DNA of 64,000 bases from an uncultured Peptoniphilaceae bacterium (GCA_964344295.1 CAYFMR010000003.1:54899-118898), one strand, 5' to 3'. Shown: positions 39,327 to 50,756, counted from the first letter of the stretch. The notes: a model not told the origin generated them from the letters alone. Numbers and translations are program-made.

Positions 39327-40208
39327 ATGCATTCTGGATTTGTTAGTGTCATAGGTAGACCGAACGTGGGAAAATCCACGCTGCTAAATCGAGTCATGGG
39401 GGAAAAGCTCACCATCGTCTCAGATAAGCCACAAACGACGAGAAACCGTATTAACCTCATCTATACCAACGAGAACATGCAGGTGATCTTTGTGGATACG
39501 CCAGGGGTGCAACGGCCGAAGAACGCCTTAGGGGAATACATGTTGCAGATTTCCACGACCCAGTTAAACGATATGGACTTAATTCTGTACGTGGTGGATA
39601 TGTCTAAGGAAATAGGTGTGCTAGAGCAGCTGATTTTGGATACGCTTCGATCTGTGAAGGTGCCTGTGGTGCTTTTGATCAATAAAATCGACACGGTTCC
39701 CAAAGAGGAAGTCATCCAAGTGATGGACTTGTTTCATCAAGTGCGTGATTTTGCGGCGATCATCCCCATCTCCGCTGTGACAGGAGAAGGGGTGGACGTG
39801 ATGATGGAGACCATCTATGAGCAATTGCCTGAGGGGCCGCAGTACTATCCTGCAGATATGATCACTGATCAACCGGAAAAATTCATCATTGCGGAAATGG
39901 TCCGCGAGAAGGCCATGCAGTTGCTGTCCGAAGAAGTGCCTCACGGAGTCTTTGTAGAAGTGGAGAGCATGAAGGAGCGGGAGGGTAAGCCTCTGGTGGA
40001 CATTCAGGCCGTCATTTATGTGGAACGAGAAAGTCACAAGGGCATTGTGATAGGCAAGGGCGGGCGGATGTTAAAAGACATCGGCTCACTGGCGCGGGAA
40101 GACATCCAGCGTTTGCTGGGCACCAAGGTGCACCTGGAGCTTTGGGTGAAGGTGGAGCCTAGGTGGCGAGAACGCAAGGCTAAGATCAGCCAATTTGGCT
40201 ATCAATAG
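39327..40208 (+). CDS. era: GTPase Era
   Basis: G1 GRPNVGKST, G3 DTPG, NKID, C-terminal KH domain. Confidence 0.95.
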   Translation: MHSGFVSVIGRPNVGKSTLLNRVMGEKLTIVSDKPQTTRNRINLIYTNENMQVIFVDTPGVQRPKNALGEYMLQISTTQLNDMDLILYVVDMSKEIGVLEQLILDTLRSVKVPVVLLINKIDTVPKEEVIQVMDLFHQVRDFAAIIPISAVTGEGVDVMMETIYEQLPEGPQYYPADMITDQPEKFIIAEMVREKAMQLLSEEVPHGVFVEVESMKEREGKPLVDIQAVIYVERESHKGIVIGKGGRMLKDIGSLAREDIQRLLGTKVHLELWVKVEPRWRERKAKISQFGYQ

Positions 40209-40216
40209 GAGGGCTT

Positions 40217-40963
40217 ATGCAGGTTAAAGGTGTGGTCTTAAAGGCGATACCCTATCGGGAAACCTCCAAGATCATCCACCTGCTCACCAGAGAGTTAGGT
40301 AAGATCTCGGTGATGATTCGGGGAGCCTATCGGTCTAATAACCGCATGGGTTTGATTACGGAAGTTTTTTCCATGGGCACCTTTTATGTAAGCGAGGGGC
40401 AGGGCGACTTTTATTATTTAAACGAGGTAGACTTGTACTCGACAAATTACGGGATGCGCATGGATTACCGACGACTTTTGGTTGCATCTTACATGATGGA
40501 GGTCATTGAGAAAACGAGCCATAGCGCCCTAATTGATGAGAAGGTCTTTGATATGGTGGTCGTGGCCTTGGCGGACTTGGAGGAGAGGGAAGGAAACTTT
40601 GAGGCGTTTCTCGTGGCGTTTATGCTGAAGTGGGCCACGTTAACCGGGTATCGACCGGAACTATTTTATTGTGCTATTTGTGGCGATGATGAAGGTCATG
40701 TGGCGGGATTTTCCATAGAGGCCGGAGGGTTAGTGTGTCGCAACTGTCGCCAAAGGACGCCGCTATATCGAGTCGACAAGGCCATGGTGGATGCGATGAA
40801 GTTTTTACTATATCGCCCGTTTCGACAGGTGGATGATGTGGACTGGGATGAGTTCATGTTGAAGGCCATATATCAAATTTTGGAATCTTATATTTTATAT
40901 CATATTGACCAACGACGGCTAACGACCAGTCGTATGCTAAAAGATTTATGGACGAAGGAGTAA
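40217..40963 (+). CDS. recO: DNA repair protein RecO
   Basis: N-terminal OB fold and Zn motif CAICG...CRNC. Confidence 0.9.
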   Translation: MQVKGVVLKAIPYRETSKIIHLLTRELGKISVMIRGAYRSNNRMGLITEVFSMGTFYVSEGQGDFYYLNEVDLYSTNYGMRMDYRRLLVASYMMEVIEKTSHSALIDEKVFDMVVVALADLEEREGNFEAFLVAFMLKWATLTGYRPELFYCAICGDDEGHVAGFSIEAGGLVCRNCRQRTPLYRVDKAMVDAMKFLLYRPFRQVDDVDWDEFMLKAIYQILESYILYHIDQRRLTTSRMLKDLWTKE

Positions 40964-40973
40964 GGGGGACACT

Positions 40974-41843
40974 ATGTATTTTCAGGATTTAATGAAAACG
41001 CTGACAAATTATTGGAGTGAAAAAGGTTGTGTGGTGATGGAGCCCTACGACAGCGAGAAAGGAGCCGGGACGATGAACCCTAGCACGTTCTTGCGCTCGT
41101 TGGGACCTGAACCGTGGCAGGTTGTCTATGTAGAGCCGTCTCGCCGACCGGCTGATGCGCGCTACGGGGAAAACCCCAATCGATTATACCAACATCACCA
41201 GTTGCAGGTGATTATGAAGCCGTCACCGGAGGAAGTGCAACAGTACTACATTGACAGCTTGGTGGCCATTGGCATTGACCCGGCGATTCACGACATTCGC
41301 TTTGTGGAGGATAACTGGGAAGCCCCGACGCTGGGAGCCTGGGGACTGGGCTGGGAAGTGTGGCTAGACGGCATGGAAATTACCCAGTTTACTTATTTCC
41401 AACAAGTGGGCAGTATCAACTGCGAATTGGAATCAGCAGAACTGACCTATGGGCTAGAGCGTATTGCCATGTATCTACAAGACGTGGACAATGTCTACGA
41501 CATTCAGTGGAACGAACGTTACACTTACGGAGACCTCTTTAAGCGTGCCGAGTACGAACACTCTGTGTACAGTTTTGAGCTGGCCACGATTGACACGCTA
41601 AAAGGGCTTTTCGATACGTATGAAAAAGAAGCGAATGTAGCCTTAGATCATGAGTTGGTTTTGCCGGCTTATGACTATGTATTAAAGTGCTCCCACTCTT
41701 TCAACGTCTTAGATGCCAGGGGCGCGATTAGCGTCAGTGAGAGAACGCACTACATTGCTCGAGTTCGAAATTTAGCACGTCAAATTGCTTTATTATATAT
41801 CCAGCAAAGAGAAGCGATGGGCTACCCCTTATTGAGAAAGTAG
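40974..41843 (+). CDS. glyQ: glycine--tRNA ligase alpha subunit
   Basis: Highly conserved blocks ([28 protein letters not shown]). Confidence 0.95.
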   Translation: MYFQDLMKTLTNYWSEKGCVVMEPYDSEKGAGTMNPSTFLRSLGPEPWQVVYVEPSRRPADARYGENPNRLYQHHQLQVIMKPSPEEVQQYYIDSLVAIGIDPAIHDIRFVEDNWEAPTLGAWGLGWEVWLDGMEITQFTYFQQVGSINCELESAELTYGLERIAMYLQDVDNVYDIQWNERYTYGDLFKRAEYEHSVYSFELATIDTLKGLFDTYEKEANVALDHELVLPAYDYVLKCSHSFNVLDARGAISVSERTHYIARVRNLARQIALLYIQQREAMGYPLLRK

Positions 41844-41850
41844 GTACAAG

Positions 41851-43926
41851 ATGAGAAATTATGTATTAGAAATTGGCGTTGAAGAGCTACCGGCGCGATT
41901 TATCCCCATGGCTTTGGATCAGATGGCAGCCAAGGCGCGCCACATGGTCAAGGAATACGGCGTCGAGGTGGATAAAATAGAGACCTATGCCACGCCGCGC
42001 CGGCTTGTGCTGTGGATGGAAGCGGTCAATCGCCACATGGAAGAGACGAAAAAAGAAGTCAAAGGTCCAGCGAAGGCCATAGCCTTTGATGAAGATGGCG
42101 AACCGACTAAAGCACTTTTGGGCTTTTTACGAGGTCAAGGGGCGAAAACGGAAGATGTCTACATTAAAGAATTAAAAGGTACGCCTTACGTTTATGTGGA
42201 AGTGGTGGAAAAGGCCTTGAGCTTTGAAGAGATCATCGCCATTTGGGCGCCGGAAATGATTCGCTCCATTAATTTTCCCAAGTCCATGAAATGGGGAGGT
42301 AAGCAATTGCGCTTTGCCCGCCCCATTCGCTGGATTGTCAGTCTCTATGGAGATGAGGTGGTTTGCTTTGAATTGGAAGGGATTCCAGTTGGCCGAGAAA
42401 GTCGCGGACACCGTTTTATCGGCAAACACTGCATCGACATTGCCTCCGCAGACGAGTATTTTTCTGACTTGGAAAAAGAAGGCGTGATTGTGGACCAACA
42501 CCGTCGTCGCGATTTAATCTCCTATCAAGCAAAGCGTTTGGCAGTGGAAGTGGATGGAGCATTGGAAGACGACCCGGCTCTCATTGAGGAAGTGGTGCAG
42601 TTGGTGGAATATCCTACGGCTCTTCGTGGCAGCATTGCAGACCGGTATCTGTCCTTGCCGGATAAAGTGATTACCACCCCGATGCGTGAGCATCTACGCT
42701 ACATTCCGGTCTATGACGAAGAGGGCGCTTTGATGCCTTATTTCATCACGGTGAGAAACGGCGGCCGCCAAGGGCTAGATACGGTGACAAAGGGCAATGA
42801 AAAAGTATTGACGGCACGATTGGCCGATGCGGAATTCTTCTTCGAAGAAGACTTAAAACGACCATTAGCCGATTACGTCGATGACTTAAAGGGCGTCACT
42901 TTCCATGATCGCCTGGGAAACCTTTACCAAAAGACAGAGCGTTTACGACGCCTCGTTGCCTTTATCGCAGCAGAGCTCTCGGTAGGCGAGAACACGGTGG
43001 CGGATCTTGACCGCGCTGCTTATTTATCCAAAGCGGACCTATTGACCAATATGGTCATTGAATTTACTGAGCTGCAAGGTTTTATGGGCAGAGAGTATGC
43101 TAAGCGATCTGGCGAAAAGGACTTAGTGAGTTTAGCTATCGAAGAACAATACATGCCTCGATTTGCTGAAGATGATTTGCCGGAGACCACGGCAGGGGCG
43201 ATTTTGAGCTTAGCTGATAAACTGGATACGCTAGTGGGGCTATTTTGCATCGGTATTTCTCCCACCGGATCCCAAGACCCCTTTGCGCAAAGACGCAGTG
43301 CTTTGGGCATTGTGAACATCCTCTTACAAAAGAATTTGGATTTGAACCTGTCAAAAACAGTTGATATGGTCATGGAACAATATGAAGTGATTAATGGCCT
43401 GGAATTCCAAGGTGAAGAAGTCAAAGAAGCGGTGATGAACTTCTTCTTGGGTCGCATGAAAAACTTAATGCAAACCCAAGACATTCGCTACGATATCATA
43501 GATGCCGTGCTGCCAGTACCGTCACCTCACCTATTGGATCTTTACAAAAAGACCCATGAAATCCAAAATTGGATGGAGGCCTACGATCCCCGCGCCATGG
43601 TAGAAGCCTACAGCCGTGTGGCCAACTTGATCAAAGACGTGGAGGAAGTGCCGGTGGAGGAAGGGTTGTTGGCTGTGACTGAACGACCACTTTATGATCA
43701 TCTCAAGGCGGAAGAAGAAAACTTGGCAAGCTTACAACGCCAAGGAGACTACATGGCTTTATTAAACGCCTTGCATGACATGGTGCCTTTGATTGACCAA
43801 TATTTTGAAGCTAATATGATTATGGTGGACGATGAAATGCTACGACGCAATCGATTGGCGCTTTTAAACATGTTGTATCGCCCCATGGCCGGTCTGATGG
43901 ACATTTCTCAAATCGTAGTCAAATAA
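41851..43926 (+). CDS. glyS: glycine--tRNA ligase beta subunit
   Basis: 691 aa. LEIGVEELPA N-terminus and family core. Confidence 0.93.
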   Translation: MRNYVLEIGVEELPARFIPMALDQMAAKARHMVKEYGVEVDKIETYATPRRLVLWMEAVNRHMEETKKEVKGPAKAIAFDEDGEPTKALLGFLRGQGAKTEDVYIKELKGTPYVYVEVVEKALSFEEIIAIWAPEMIRSINFPKSMKWGGKQLRFARPIRWIVSLYGDEVVCFELEGIPVGRESRGHRFIGKHCIDIASADEYFSDLEKEGVIVDQHRRRDLISYQAKRLAVEVDGALEDDPALIEEVVQLVEYPTALRGSIADRYLSLPDKVITTPMREHLRYIPVYDEEGALMPYFITVRNGGRQGLDTVTKGNEKVLTARLADAEFFFEEDLKRPLADYVDDLKGVTFHDRLGNLYQKTERLRRLVAFIAAELSVGENTVADLDRAAYLSKADLLTNMVIEFTELQGFMGREYAKRSGEKDLVSLAIEEQYMPRFAEDDLPETTAGAILSLADKLDTLVGLFCIGISPTGSQDPFAQRRSALGIVNILLQKNLDLNLSKTVDMVMEQYEVINGLEFQGEEVKEAVMNFFLGRMKNLMQTQDIRYDIIDAVLPVPSPHLLDLYKKTHEIQNWMEAYDPRAMVEAYSRVANLIKDVEEVPVEEGLLAVTERPLYDHLKAEEENLASLQRQGDYMALLNALHDMVPLIDQYFEANMIMVDDEMLRRNRLALLNMLYRPMAGLMDISQIVVK

Positions 43927-43936
43927 GGAGAAAATC

Positions 43937-44758
43937 ATGGAAGAGCATTTGGTGATATATGTGATTTCTGACTCTGTCGGGGAAACGGGGGAACTCATTG
44001 CTCGGGCGGCCGCCCGCCAATTCGGAAAAAACTACGAGATCAGACGCTTTCCCTTTATCAACGACAAAGAGTCTGTGAAAGAAGTCTTTGATGATGCGCG
44101 AGGCGTCAAGCAGGCGCTCATCGTGTACACGACGGTCAAGCTAGATGCCAAAAAATGCATTGAAGAGAATGCCAAGCGACTGGGCATCCCCACCGTAGAC
44201 GTTATGGGACCACCGTTGATTGCGCTGGAAGACCTCTTAGGTGCACCGCCGAAACGTGAGCCTGGTTTGATTCGACGACTGGACGAAAATTATTTTAAAA
44301 AGGTGGAAGCTATTGAGTTTGCCGTAAAATATGATGACGGCAAGGACCCGCGTGGCGTGGTCAAAGCTGACATTTGCTTAGTGGGTATTTCTAGAACGTC
44401 GAAAACGCCTTTGAGTATGTATTTGGCCCACAAGCTGAAAAAAGTGGCCAATGTGCCCTTGGTACCGGAAGTACCTGCACCACGCCAAATTTTCGAAAAA
44501 GACCCGAAACGAGTCTTCGGTCTGGTAGCCAATCCCTATAAAATCAATGAAATTCGTCAAGAACGACTAAAGACGCTGGGACTGGCGGAGTCGGCTAACT
44601 ACGCCAATGTGCAACGCATTGATGAAGAGCTGGCTTACAGCCGGGCTGTGATGGAAAAGATCGGGTGTCCTGTCATTGATGTCACCCATCGAGCTATTGA
44701 AGAGACAGCCAACTACATTTTAGAGATTTACAATAAGAACTTCCCTGAGGAATGGTGA
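43937..44758 (+). CDS. pyruvate,phosphate dikinase / PEP synthase regulatory protein (DUF299, YqfL-like)
   Basis: VISDSVGET N-terminus and P-loop GISRTSKTP. Confidence 0.85.
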   Translation: MEEHLVIYVISDSVGETGELIARAAARQFGKNYEIRRFPFINDKESVKEVFDDARGVKQALIVYTTVKLDAKKCIEENAKRLGIPTVDVMGPPLIALEDLLGAPPKREPGLIRRLDENYFKKVEAIEFAVKYDDGKDPRGVVKADICLVGISRTSKTPLSMYLAHKLKKVANVPLVPEVPAPRQIFEKDPKRVFGLVANPYKINEIRQERLKTLGLAESANYANVQRIDEELAYSRAVMEKIGCPVIDVTHRAIEETANYILEIYNKNFPEEW

Positions 44759-44767
44759 GGGATATAA

Positions 44768-45790
44768 GTGACTGAGTATCGTCAAATAGCTGAACAATGG
44801 GAGCTAGAACGACTAAGCCCCTACGCGATGAAAGCCAGAGACACCCGCGGGCGCTCTCTGGCTGAAACGCCTTGTGTCATTCGTACAGAATTCCAGAGAG
44901 ATCGCGATCGCATCATCCACTCCAAGGCCTTTCGTCGCTTAAAACACAAGACGCAGGTGTTTATCGCTCCGACGGGGGACCATTATCGAACGCGGCTGAC
45001 GCACACACTTGAGGTGAGTCAGATTGCGAGGACGATGGGGCGTGCTTTGCGACTCAATGAAGATTTAATAGAAGCCATCGCCCTCGGCCATGACTTAGGT
45101 CATACCCCCTTTGGACATGGTGGTGAGGCCGTGTTGAATCGACTTCATCCCCAGGGTTTTCGCCATAATGAACAAAGTGTAAGAGTGGTAGAGCTGTTGG
45201 AGTCTGGCCATCATAAGCGACCGGGATTGAACTTAACCTATGAGGTGAAGGATGGTATTTTAAATCATACAGGCAAGAAAAAGGCCATAACCTTGGAAGG
45301 GCAGTTGGTTCGCTATGCCGACCGGATCGCTTACATTAACCATGACATAGACGATGCGATTCGCGCGGGGATTTTGGCCCAAGAAGATTTGCCTCAAGAC
45401 TTGCTGATGACGCTGGGACAAACCCATAGTCAGCGCATAAACACGATGATTCAGGATGTGATCCGTTTTTCCGACGGTAAAGACACGTTAGGCATGAGTG
45501 CAAAGACGGGCGAGGCCATGATGGTGTTGCGCCAATTTATGTTTGAGCACGTCTACTATAATTCCGATGCGAAAAGCGAGGAGCCGAAAATTGAGCGGTT
45601 ATTAACTGATTTATACAACCATTATGTGAAGCATCCGACGAATCTACCGCTGGAGCACCGTATGCTATATGAGGGTCGCGAGGATAGCGTAGAGGACATG
45701 GCGACAGATTATATCGCCGGCATGACAGACCACTTTGCCATTACTGTGTGGAAGGAGCTTTTTGTGCCTCGTGCATGGAGTATGGGTTGA
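44768..45790 (+). CDS. dGTP triphosphohydrolase-like HD-domain protein
   Basis: FQRDRDRIIHS..FRRL, RLTHTLEV, HDLGHTPFGH. GTG start. Conserved position upstream of dnaG. Confidence 0.85.
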   Translation: MTEYRQIAEQWELERLSPYAMKARDTRGRSLAETPCVIRTEFQRDRDRIIHSKAFRRLKHKTQVFIAPTGDHYRTRLTHTLEVSQIARTMGRALRLNEDLIEAIALGHDLGHTPFGHGGEAVLNRLHPQGFRHNEQSVRVVELLESGHHKRPGLNLTYEVKDGILNHTGKKKAITLEGQLVRYADRIAYINHDIDDAIRAGILAQEDLPQDLLMTLGQTHSQRINTMIQDVIRFSDGKDTLGMSAKTGEAMMVLRQFMFEHVYYNSDAKSEEPKIERLLTDLYNHYVKHPTNLPLEHRMLYEGREDSVEDMATDYIAGMTDHFAITVWKELFVPRAWSMG

Positions 45791-45803
45791 AAGGAAGTGC
45801 GCC

Positions 45804-47579
45804 ATGACGTATTACGGAGAGGACATTGTCGATGAGATCAAACGACGCGTGGATATTGTCGATTTGGTGGGATCCTATGTACCATTAAAAAAACGGGGGA
45901 AAAATTATGTGGGAAGTTGTCCTTTTCACACGGAAAAGACCCCGTCTTTTACGGTGTCTCCGGAAAAACAATTTTTTCATTGTTTTGGTTGTGGAGCCGG
46001 AGGCGATGTCTTTGGCTTTGTCATGAAACGAGAAAACCTGAATTTTGCTGAAGCTGTGGAGTTTTTGGCATCACGAGCTGGTGTGAGTTTGGCCCGTAGT
46101 GAAGAGGACAAGAGGTGGGCTTCCCGACGTAAAGAGCTTTTAGGCATTAACGCCCAAGTAGCCCGTTATTATTTGGATTTAGGCGGACAAGCTCGGGCGG
46201 CACAGGAGTTTTTTCGCAGACGGGGTTTGTCGCCTAAGGATGTGCGTCGCTATGGCTTGGGTTATGCCGATGAACGATGGGACAGTCTTTGTAAGGCGAT
46301 GAAACAAAAGGGCATCAGCGAACAGGATCTATTGGAGTTAGATGTGATTTCTCGGCGCAAGGATGGGCAGGGTTATTATGATCGATTTCGCCATCGCATC
46401 ATCTTTCCCATCATCAACTTTCGAGGCGAGGTTTTGGGCTTTGGAGGGCGCATCTTAGACGAGGGTCAGCCTAAGTATTTGAACTCATCGGATACACCGG
46501 TGTATAAAAAGGGCAGGGAACTCTATGGCCTTTACCAAGTGAACAAATCCTCTTCGCGGAAATCGTTAATTTTAGTGGAAGGGTATATGGACGTGATTTC
46601 CTTGGCGAGCTATGGCTTCACCCAGGTGGCAGCCTCGCTGGGAACGGCGCTGACAGAGGAGCAGGCTAAGTTGGCTCATCGCTACGGGGAAACGGTGTAT
46701 TTATGTTACGATTCCGATGACGCGGGTATTAATGCCACAAGGAGAGCCATTGAAATCTGCCAACAAGCACAGGTGCCGGTCAAGATTATCGCTTTGCGAG
46801 ATGGACTGGATCCCGATGACTTTATTCGACAAAATGGAAAAGAAGCCTTTGCGGAAGAAATCAAAAAAGCCATGACGCCGGTGGAATACCTCATTGCATT
46901 AGAGATGGTCAAGCACAGGAAAGAAGGCGGAGATTCGACAGTTCTGTTACAGGCCATAGCTCATCACATCGGGCAAGTGTCTAGTCCGGTGGAAAGAGAA
47001 GTGTTAACGAGGCGCTATGCGGAAGAGTTAGCCTTTTCTGCCCAGGCATTGGGGGCGGAGGTAGCCCTTCATGTGAATCAACAAAAAACAGAAACCAATG
47101 TGCGCCCGCCTGTGCAGACGAGAAAACGGGGAAAACCCCAACAGTATAGTCAACAGTGGGCACTCTTACATAGCTTCATGGAAGATCCTGTTTTGGCTAG
47201 GGAATGCATTGACGATATGGAGGAAGATGTGGTTTTGACGCATGACGGATTGAAACTATGGTATCGTCAGTTTGTGCACGCATTGGACGCTGGTTGGGAG
47301 GATCGAGACAGGCTAAGTCGTGAATTGAAGGCTCTGTGTGACGAGGTTATAGGAGAAGAAGAGGCGCCTCGAGGACCAGTCGGGAAGGATGAAATGATGG
47401 ATTGGATCCGTCGACTGACACAAGAAGGCTGGCTGGCCAGACGTGACACGCTGTTAATGGAAATGGCCCAGGTTGATCGAGGAGAGCGAGATGTATCGGA
47501 AGCGGCACGGATTTTACAAGAGTTGGCTCAAGTGAATCAAGCTATGGCTAATAGGGAGAGTGATATGGATGAAGGATGA
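45804..47579 (+). CDS. dnaG: DNA primase
   Basis: Zn ribbon [11 protein letters not shown]...CFGCG and TOPRIM (EGYMD, DSDDAG). ATG 45804 follows AAAGGAAG. Confidence 0.93.
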   Translation: MTYYGEDIVDEIKRRVDIVDLVGSYVPLKKRGKNYVGSCPFHTEKTPSFTVSPEKQFFHCFGCGAGGDVFGFVMKRENLNFAEAVEFLASRAGVSLARSEEDKRWASRRKELLGINAQVARYYLDLGGQARAAQEFFRRRGLSPKDVRRYGLGYADERWDSLCKAMKQKGISEQDLLELDVISRRKDGQGYYDRFRHRIIFPIINFRGEVLGFGGRILDEGQPKYLNSSDTPVYKKGRELYGLYQVNKSSSRKSLILVEGYMDVISLASYGFTQVAASLGTALTEEQAKLAHRYGETVYLCYDSDDAGINATRRAIEICQQAQVPVKIIALRDGLDPDDFIRQNGKEAFAEEIKKAMTPVEYLIALEMVKHRKEGGDSTVLLQAIAHHIGQVSSPVEREVLTRRYAEELAFSAQALGAEVALHVNQQKTETNVRPPVQTRKRGKPQQYSQQWALLHSFMEDPVLARECIDDMEEDVVLTHDGLKLWYRQFVHALDAGWEDRDRLSRELKALCDEVIGEEEAPRGPVGKDEMMDWIRRLTQEGWLARRDTLLMEMAQVDRGERDVSEAARILQELAQVNQAMANRESDMDEG

Positions 47580-48702
47580 TAGAGCAAACGAATCCACAAT
47601 GGATCAGAAAGAAATTGTGGAGCAGTTAATCACCCAAGGAAAGAAGCAAGGCCATCTGACGTATAAAGACATCATGGACGCCATGGAAACGGTGGAAATG
47701 GAACCGGAACGTATCGACGATCTCTACCAACAATTTGAAAAAACCGGCATTGATATCGTCAATGAAGATGATAAAGACGACGAATTGCAACTAGACAGTT
47801 CTGTCGATGACCATAAAGACAAAGACGACGATTTGGAAAGCAAATTATCCGCAAATGCGGCTAAGACGATTTCTGTCGATGACCCTGTGCGCATGTACCT
47901 CAAAGAAATTGGACGCATCCCCCTATTGACGGCAGAAGAAGAAGTGGAACTGGCCAAACGCATGGCCGAAGGGGATGAAGAAGCCAAGAGACAATTGGCG
48001 GAGGCCAACCTGCGACTGGTTGTTAGTATTGCCAAGCGCTATGTGGGTCGCGGCATGCTTTTTTTAGATTTGATTCAAGAAGGTAATTTGGGCTTGATGA
48101 AAGCGGTCGAAAAGTTCGATTACACGAAAGGGTTTAAGTTCTCCACCTATGCGACTTGGTGGATTCGCCAAGCCATCACCCGATCCATTGCGGACCAGGC
48201 TAGGACGATTCGCATACCGGTACATATGGTCGAAACCATTAATAAACTGGTACGGGTTCAAAGACAACTAGTTCAAGATTTAGGTCGTGATCCCACACCG
48301 GAAGAAATTGCAGAAGAAATGGATATGGACGTGGAACGAGTGCGAGAAATCCAAAAGATTGCCCAAGAGCCGGTCTCTTTGGAAACTCCGATTGGCGAGG
48401 AAGAAGATAGCCATTTAGGCGACTTTATTCCTGATGAAGATGTATTGGCACCGGCTGATGCCGCTACGTTTACTCTATTAAAAGAACAGTTGTCGGAAGT
48501 GCTGGAGACGCTGACGGAAAGGGAACAAAAAGTACTGATACTGCGTTTTGGATTGGAAGATGGGCGAGCTCGTACCCTGGAAGAAGTGGGTAAGGAATTT
48601 GACGTCACGAGAGAACGCATTCGCCAAATTGAAGCCAAGGCGTTACGAAAACTTCGTCATCCTAGTCGCAGTAAAAAACTGAAAGACTTTTTAGAACAAT
48701 GA
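47569..48702 (+). CDS. sigA: RNA polymerase primary sigma factor
   Basis: Regions 1.2 to 4.2 ([41 protein letters not shown]). Start ATG 47569, 8 nt after GGGAGAG. Alternative starts are GTG 47560 and ATG 47599. Confidence 0.92.
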   Translation: MKDDRANESTMDQKEIVEQLITQGKKQGHLTYKDIMDAMETVEMEPERIDDLYQQFEKTGIDIVNEDDKDDELQLDSSVDDHKDKDDDLESKLSANAAKTISVDDPVRMYLKEIGRIPLLTAEEEVELAKRMAEGDEEAKRQLAEANLRLVVSIAKRYVGRGMLFLDLIQEGNLGLMKAVEKFDYTKGFKFSTYATWWIRQAITRSIADQARTIRIPVHMVETINKLVRVQRQLVQDLGRDPTPEEIAEEMDMDVERVREIQKIAQEPVSLETPIGEEEDSHLGDFIPDEDVLAPADAATFTLLKEQLSEVLETLTEREQKVLILRFGLEDGRARTLEEVGKEFDVTRERIRQIEAKALRKLRHPSRSKKLKDFLEQ

Positions 48703-49394
48703 ATCTATCATCTCGTTTAACAATGATTTTAAATGCCATACCGCCTCAGACGGCGGTGGCGGATATAGGAACCGATCATGGACAGATTCCGTGGGCGCTG
48801 TGGGAAAGAGGCGTCAACAAACCGATTATCGCTACGGATATCAGTCGACCTAGCTTGGAAAAGTCCATGAATCAGGGAAGCTTACGAGCTATCACAGAGG
48901 GACCAACTCATCGCGTAGGCGATGGATTGGTTCCTTTGGCGTGGGGAGAAGTGGATGTGGTGGTCATGGCAGGGATGGGAGGGCTCTTAATGATGTCCAT
49001 CTTGGATCGTGATTTAGCTAAGACGAAGTCTTTTTCCCGCCTGCTTTTGCAGCCGATGAATGCGGCCGATGCGCTGCGAAGCTATTTAGTGGACCATGGG
49101 TTTGGCATTATGAAAGAAGATTTAGCCTATGACGAAGGACGCTATTATGAACTGATTGTGGCGACGCCCAACCCGAATGACTATGCGCTGACCATGAAGG
49201 GACAGTGGGGTTCATTGATTCCAGACGACCATCCATTACGTGAGGAATTTATACAGCACAAGTTGGATAGCCTGACATCGATTGAGAAAAAAATGGGAGT
49301 GGCGGAAACGGATAAGGCAAAACAGCGCCTGAAGGCAATTGATTTAGAAAAAAAAGCATGGGAGGCATTACAATGCAAGTCAAAGATGTCATAG
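48699..49394 (+). CDS. trmK: tRNA (adenine22-N1)-methyltransferase TrmK
   Basis: VADIGTDHG and MAGMGG motifs. ATGA overlap with sigA. Confidence 0.85.
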   Translation: MNLSSRLTMILNAIPPQTAVADIGTDHGQIPWALWERGVNKPIIATDISRPSLEKSMNQGSLRAITEGPTHRVGDGLVPLAWGEVDVVVMAGMGGLLMMSILDRDLAKTKSFSRLLLQPMNAADALRSYLVDHGFGIMKEDLAYDEGRYYELIVATPNPNDYALTMKGQWGSLIPDDHPLREEFIQHKLDSLTSIEKKMGVAETDKAKQRLKAIDLEKKAWEALQCKSKMS

Positions 49395-50149
49395 CGTGGA
49401 TGGAAAAAGTGGCACCAACGGAGCTGGCAGCGCACTGGGATCAAGTAGGATTGCAAGTAGGCGACCCGGAAGCGGAAGTGACGGGCATTGTTGTGACCTT
49501 AGACGTGACAGATGAGGCGGTTGTCCGAGCAAAAATCGAGGGAGCAAATTTGATTGTGGCTCATCATCCGCTGATTTTCTCTCCCCTTTATGCGATCAAA
49601 CCAGGTGATTCACGAATGAATCGCATCTTGGAAGCCATCCGTTCGGACCTTAACATCTTTGTCGTCCACACCAACTTGGATGCGGCGGCAGGGGGTGTGA
49701 ATGACGTTTTGGCTCAGACGCTGGAACTCAAAAAAATAGCTCTGGTTCAAGAAGAGCATGAAGCGGCACCTTTTATGCGTACGGGATATTGGAAAAACGC
49801 CGGCACGCAAGAAGAGTTTTTGACGTTGGTACAGGAGCGGTTGGCACTGCCGAGCTTACGTGTCGGAGGAAAGGCACAAGGGATGATATACAAGGTAGCG
49901 GTGGCCTCCGGAAGTGGCAGCGATGCCATAGAGCTGTGCCCATCACTGGGAGTACAGGTTTTGGTCACAGGAGATGTGAAGTATCATGATTTCCAACGAG
50001 CTGCAGAACTAGGGATTCTCGTCGTCGATGCCGGCCATTTTGAAACGGAAATTCCCATTGTGGATAATCTGGCCGACCGCATGAAAGAAGCGTTGAAATT
50101 GCCTGTATATGTGGAGAGGAGTCGGGGGTTTCTGCTGGAGACTTTGTAA
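49373..50149 (+). CDS. Nif3-like dinuclear metal-centre protein (YqfO)
   Basis: WDQVGLQVG, AHHPLIF, DAGHFETE. ATG 49373 follows GGGAGG. Confidence 0.88.
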   Translation: MQVKDVIAWMEKVAPTELAAHWDQVGLQVGDPEAEVTGIVVTLDVTDEAVVRAKIEGANLIVAHHPLIFSPLYAIKPGDSRMNRILEAIRSDLNIFVVHTNLDAAAGGVNDVLAQTLELKKIALVQEEHEAAPFMRTGYWKNAGTQEEFLTLVQERLALPSLRVGGKAQGMIYKVAVASGSGSDAIELCPSLGVQVLVTGDVKYHDFQRAAELGILVVDAGHFETEIPIVDNLADRMKEALKLPVYVERSRGFLLETL

Positions 50150-50164
50150 AATATGTTAAAAACG

Positions 50165-50193
50165 TTGGTAGATGTCAACTTATGTGATATAAT
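50165..50193 (+). promoter_or_regulatory. promoter of rnpB
   Basis: TTGGTA (50165-50170), 17-nt spacer, TATAAT (50188-50193). Predicted start is near G 50200. Confidence 0.6.
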
Positions 50194-50199
50194 CGACAA

Positions 50200-50537
50200 G
50201 TGCAGTAAGCTGGTCGATTGCATGCTACGGCATGAGGAAAGTCCGCGCACCGCAGAGCAGGATGCTGGATAACGTCCAGTGAGGGCGACCTTAAGGATAG
50301 TGCAACAGAGAGATACCGCCGAGAAATCGGTAAGGGTGGAAAGGTGGAGTAAGAGCCCACCGGCATGAGGGAGACCTCATGGCCATGTAAACCCCATCCG
50401 GTGCAAGACCAAAAGCGGCAAAAAGGACAGCTGCTCGTTGTCCGCCGAGAATGGTGGGTTGCTTGATCCCATTGGTGACAATGGGGCTAGATAGATAATC
50501 GACAAGACAGAACGCGGCTTATAGGCTTAGTGCACCC
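50200..50537 (+). ncRNA. rnpB: RNase P RNA, bacterial type A
   Basis: GAGGAAAGTCCGCGC...CAGGATGCTGGATAACGTCCAG...AGTGCAACAGAGAG, TAAGGGTGGAAAGGTGGAGTAAGAGCCCACCG, GTAAACCCCATCCGGTGCAAG and ACAGAACGCGGCTTAT blocks. P1 forms between GTGCAGTAAGC (5') and GCTTAGTGCAC (3'). Ends are +/- a few nt. Confidence 0.88.
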
Positions 50538-50756
50538 TATTTTTATTTTATTTCATTAAACTTTTGGCATGAAGTGACGAAAGTCCCACAATCAAGACGA
50601 AAGTGTTGCTACATGGCAAATGTGTGACAAAAGAAAACAGACGCCCCATGATGTAGTGGAAGAATCTATGACGCTACGACATGTAGTCCATCGGAGATGT
50701 TAGAGGACTTCATATTTCGTTCTAACGAGAAAAGATGTTACTAATTTGTTTCTTTT

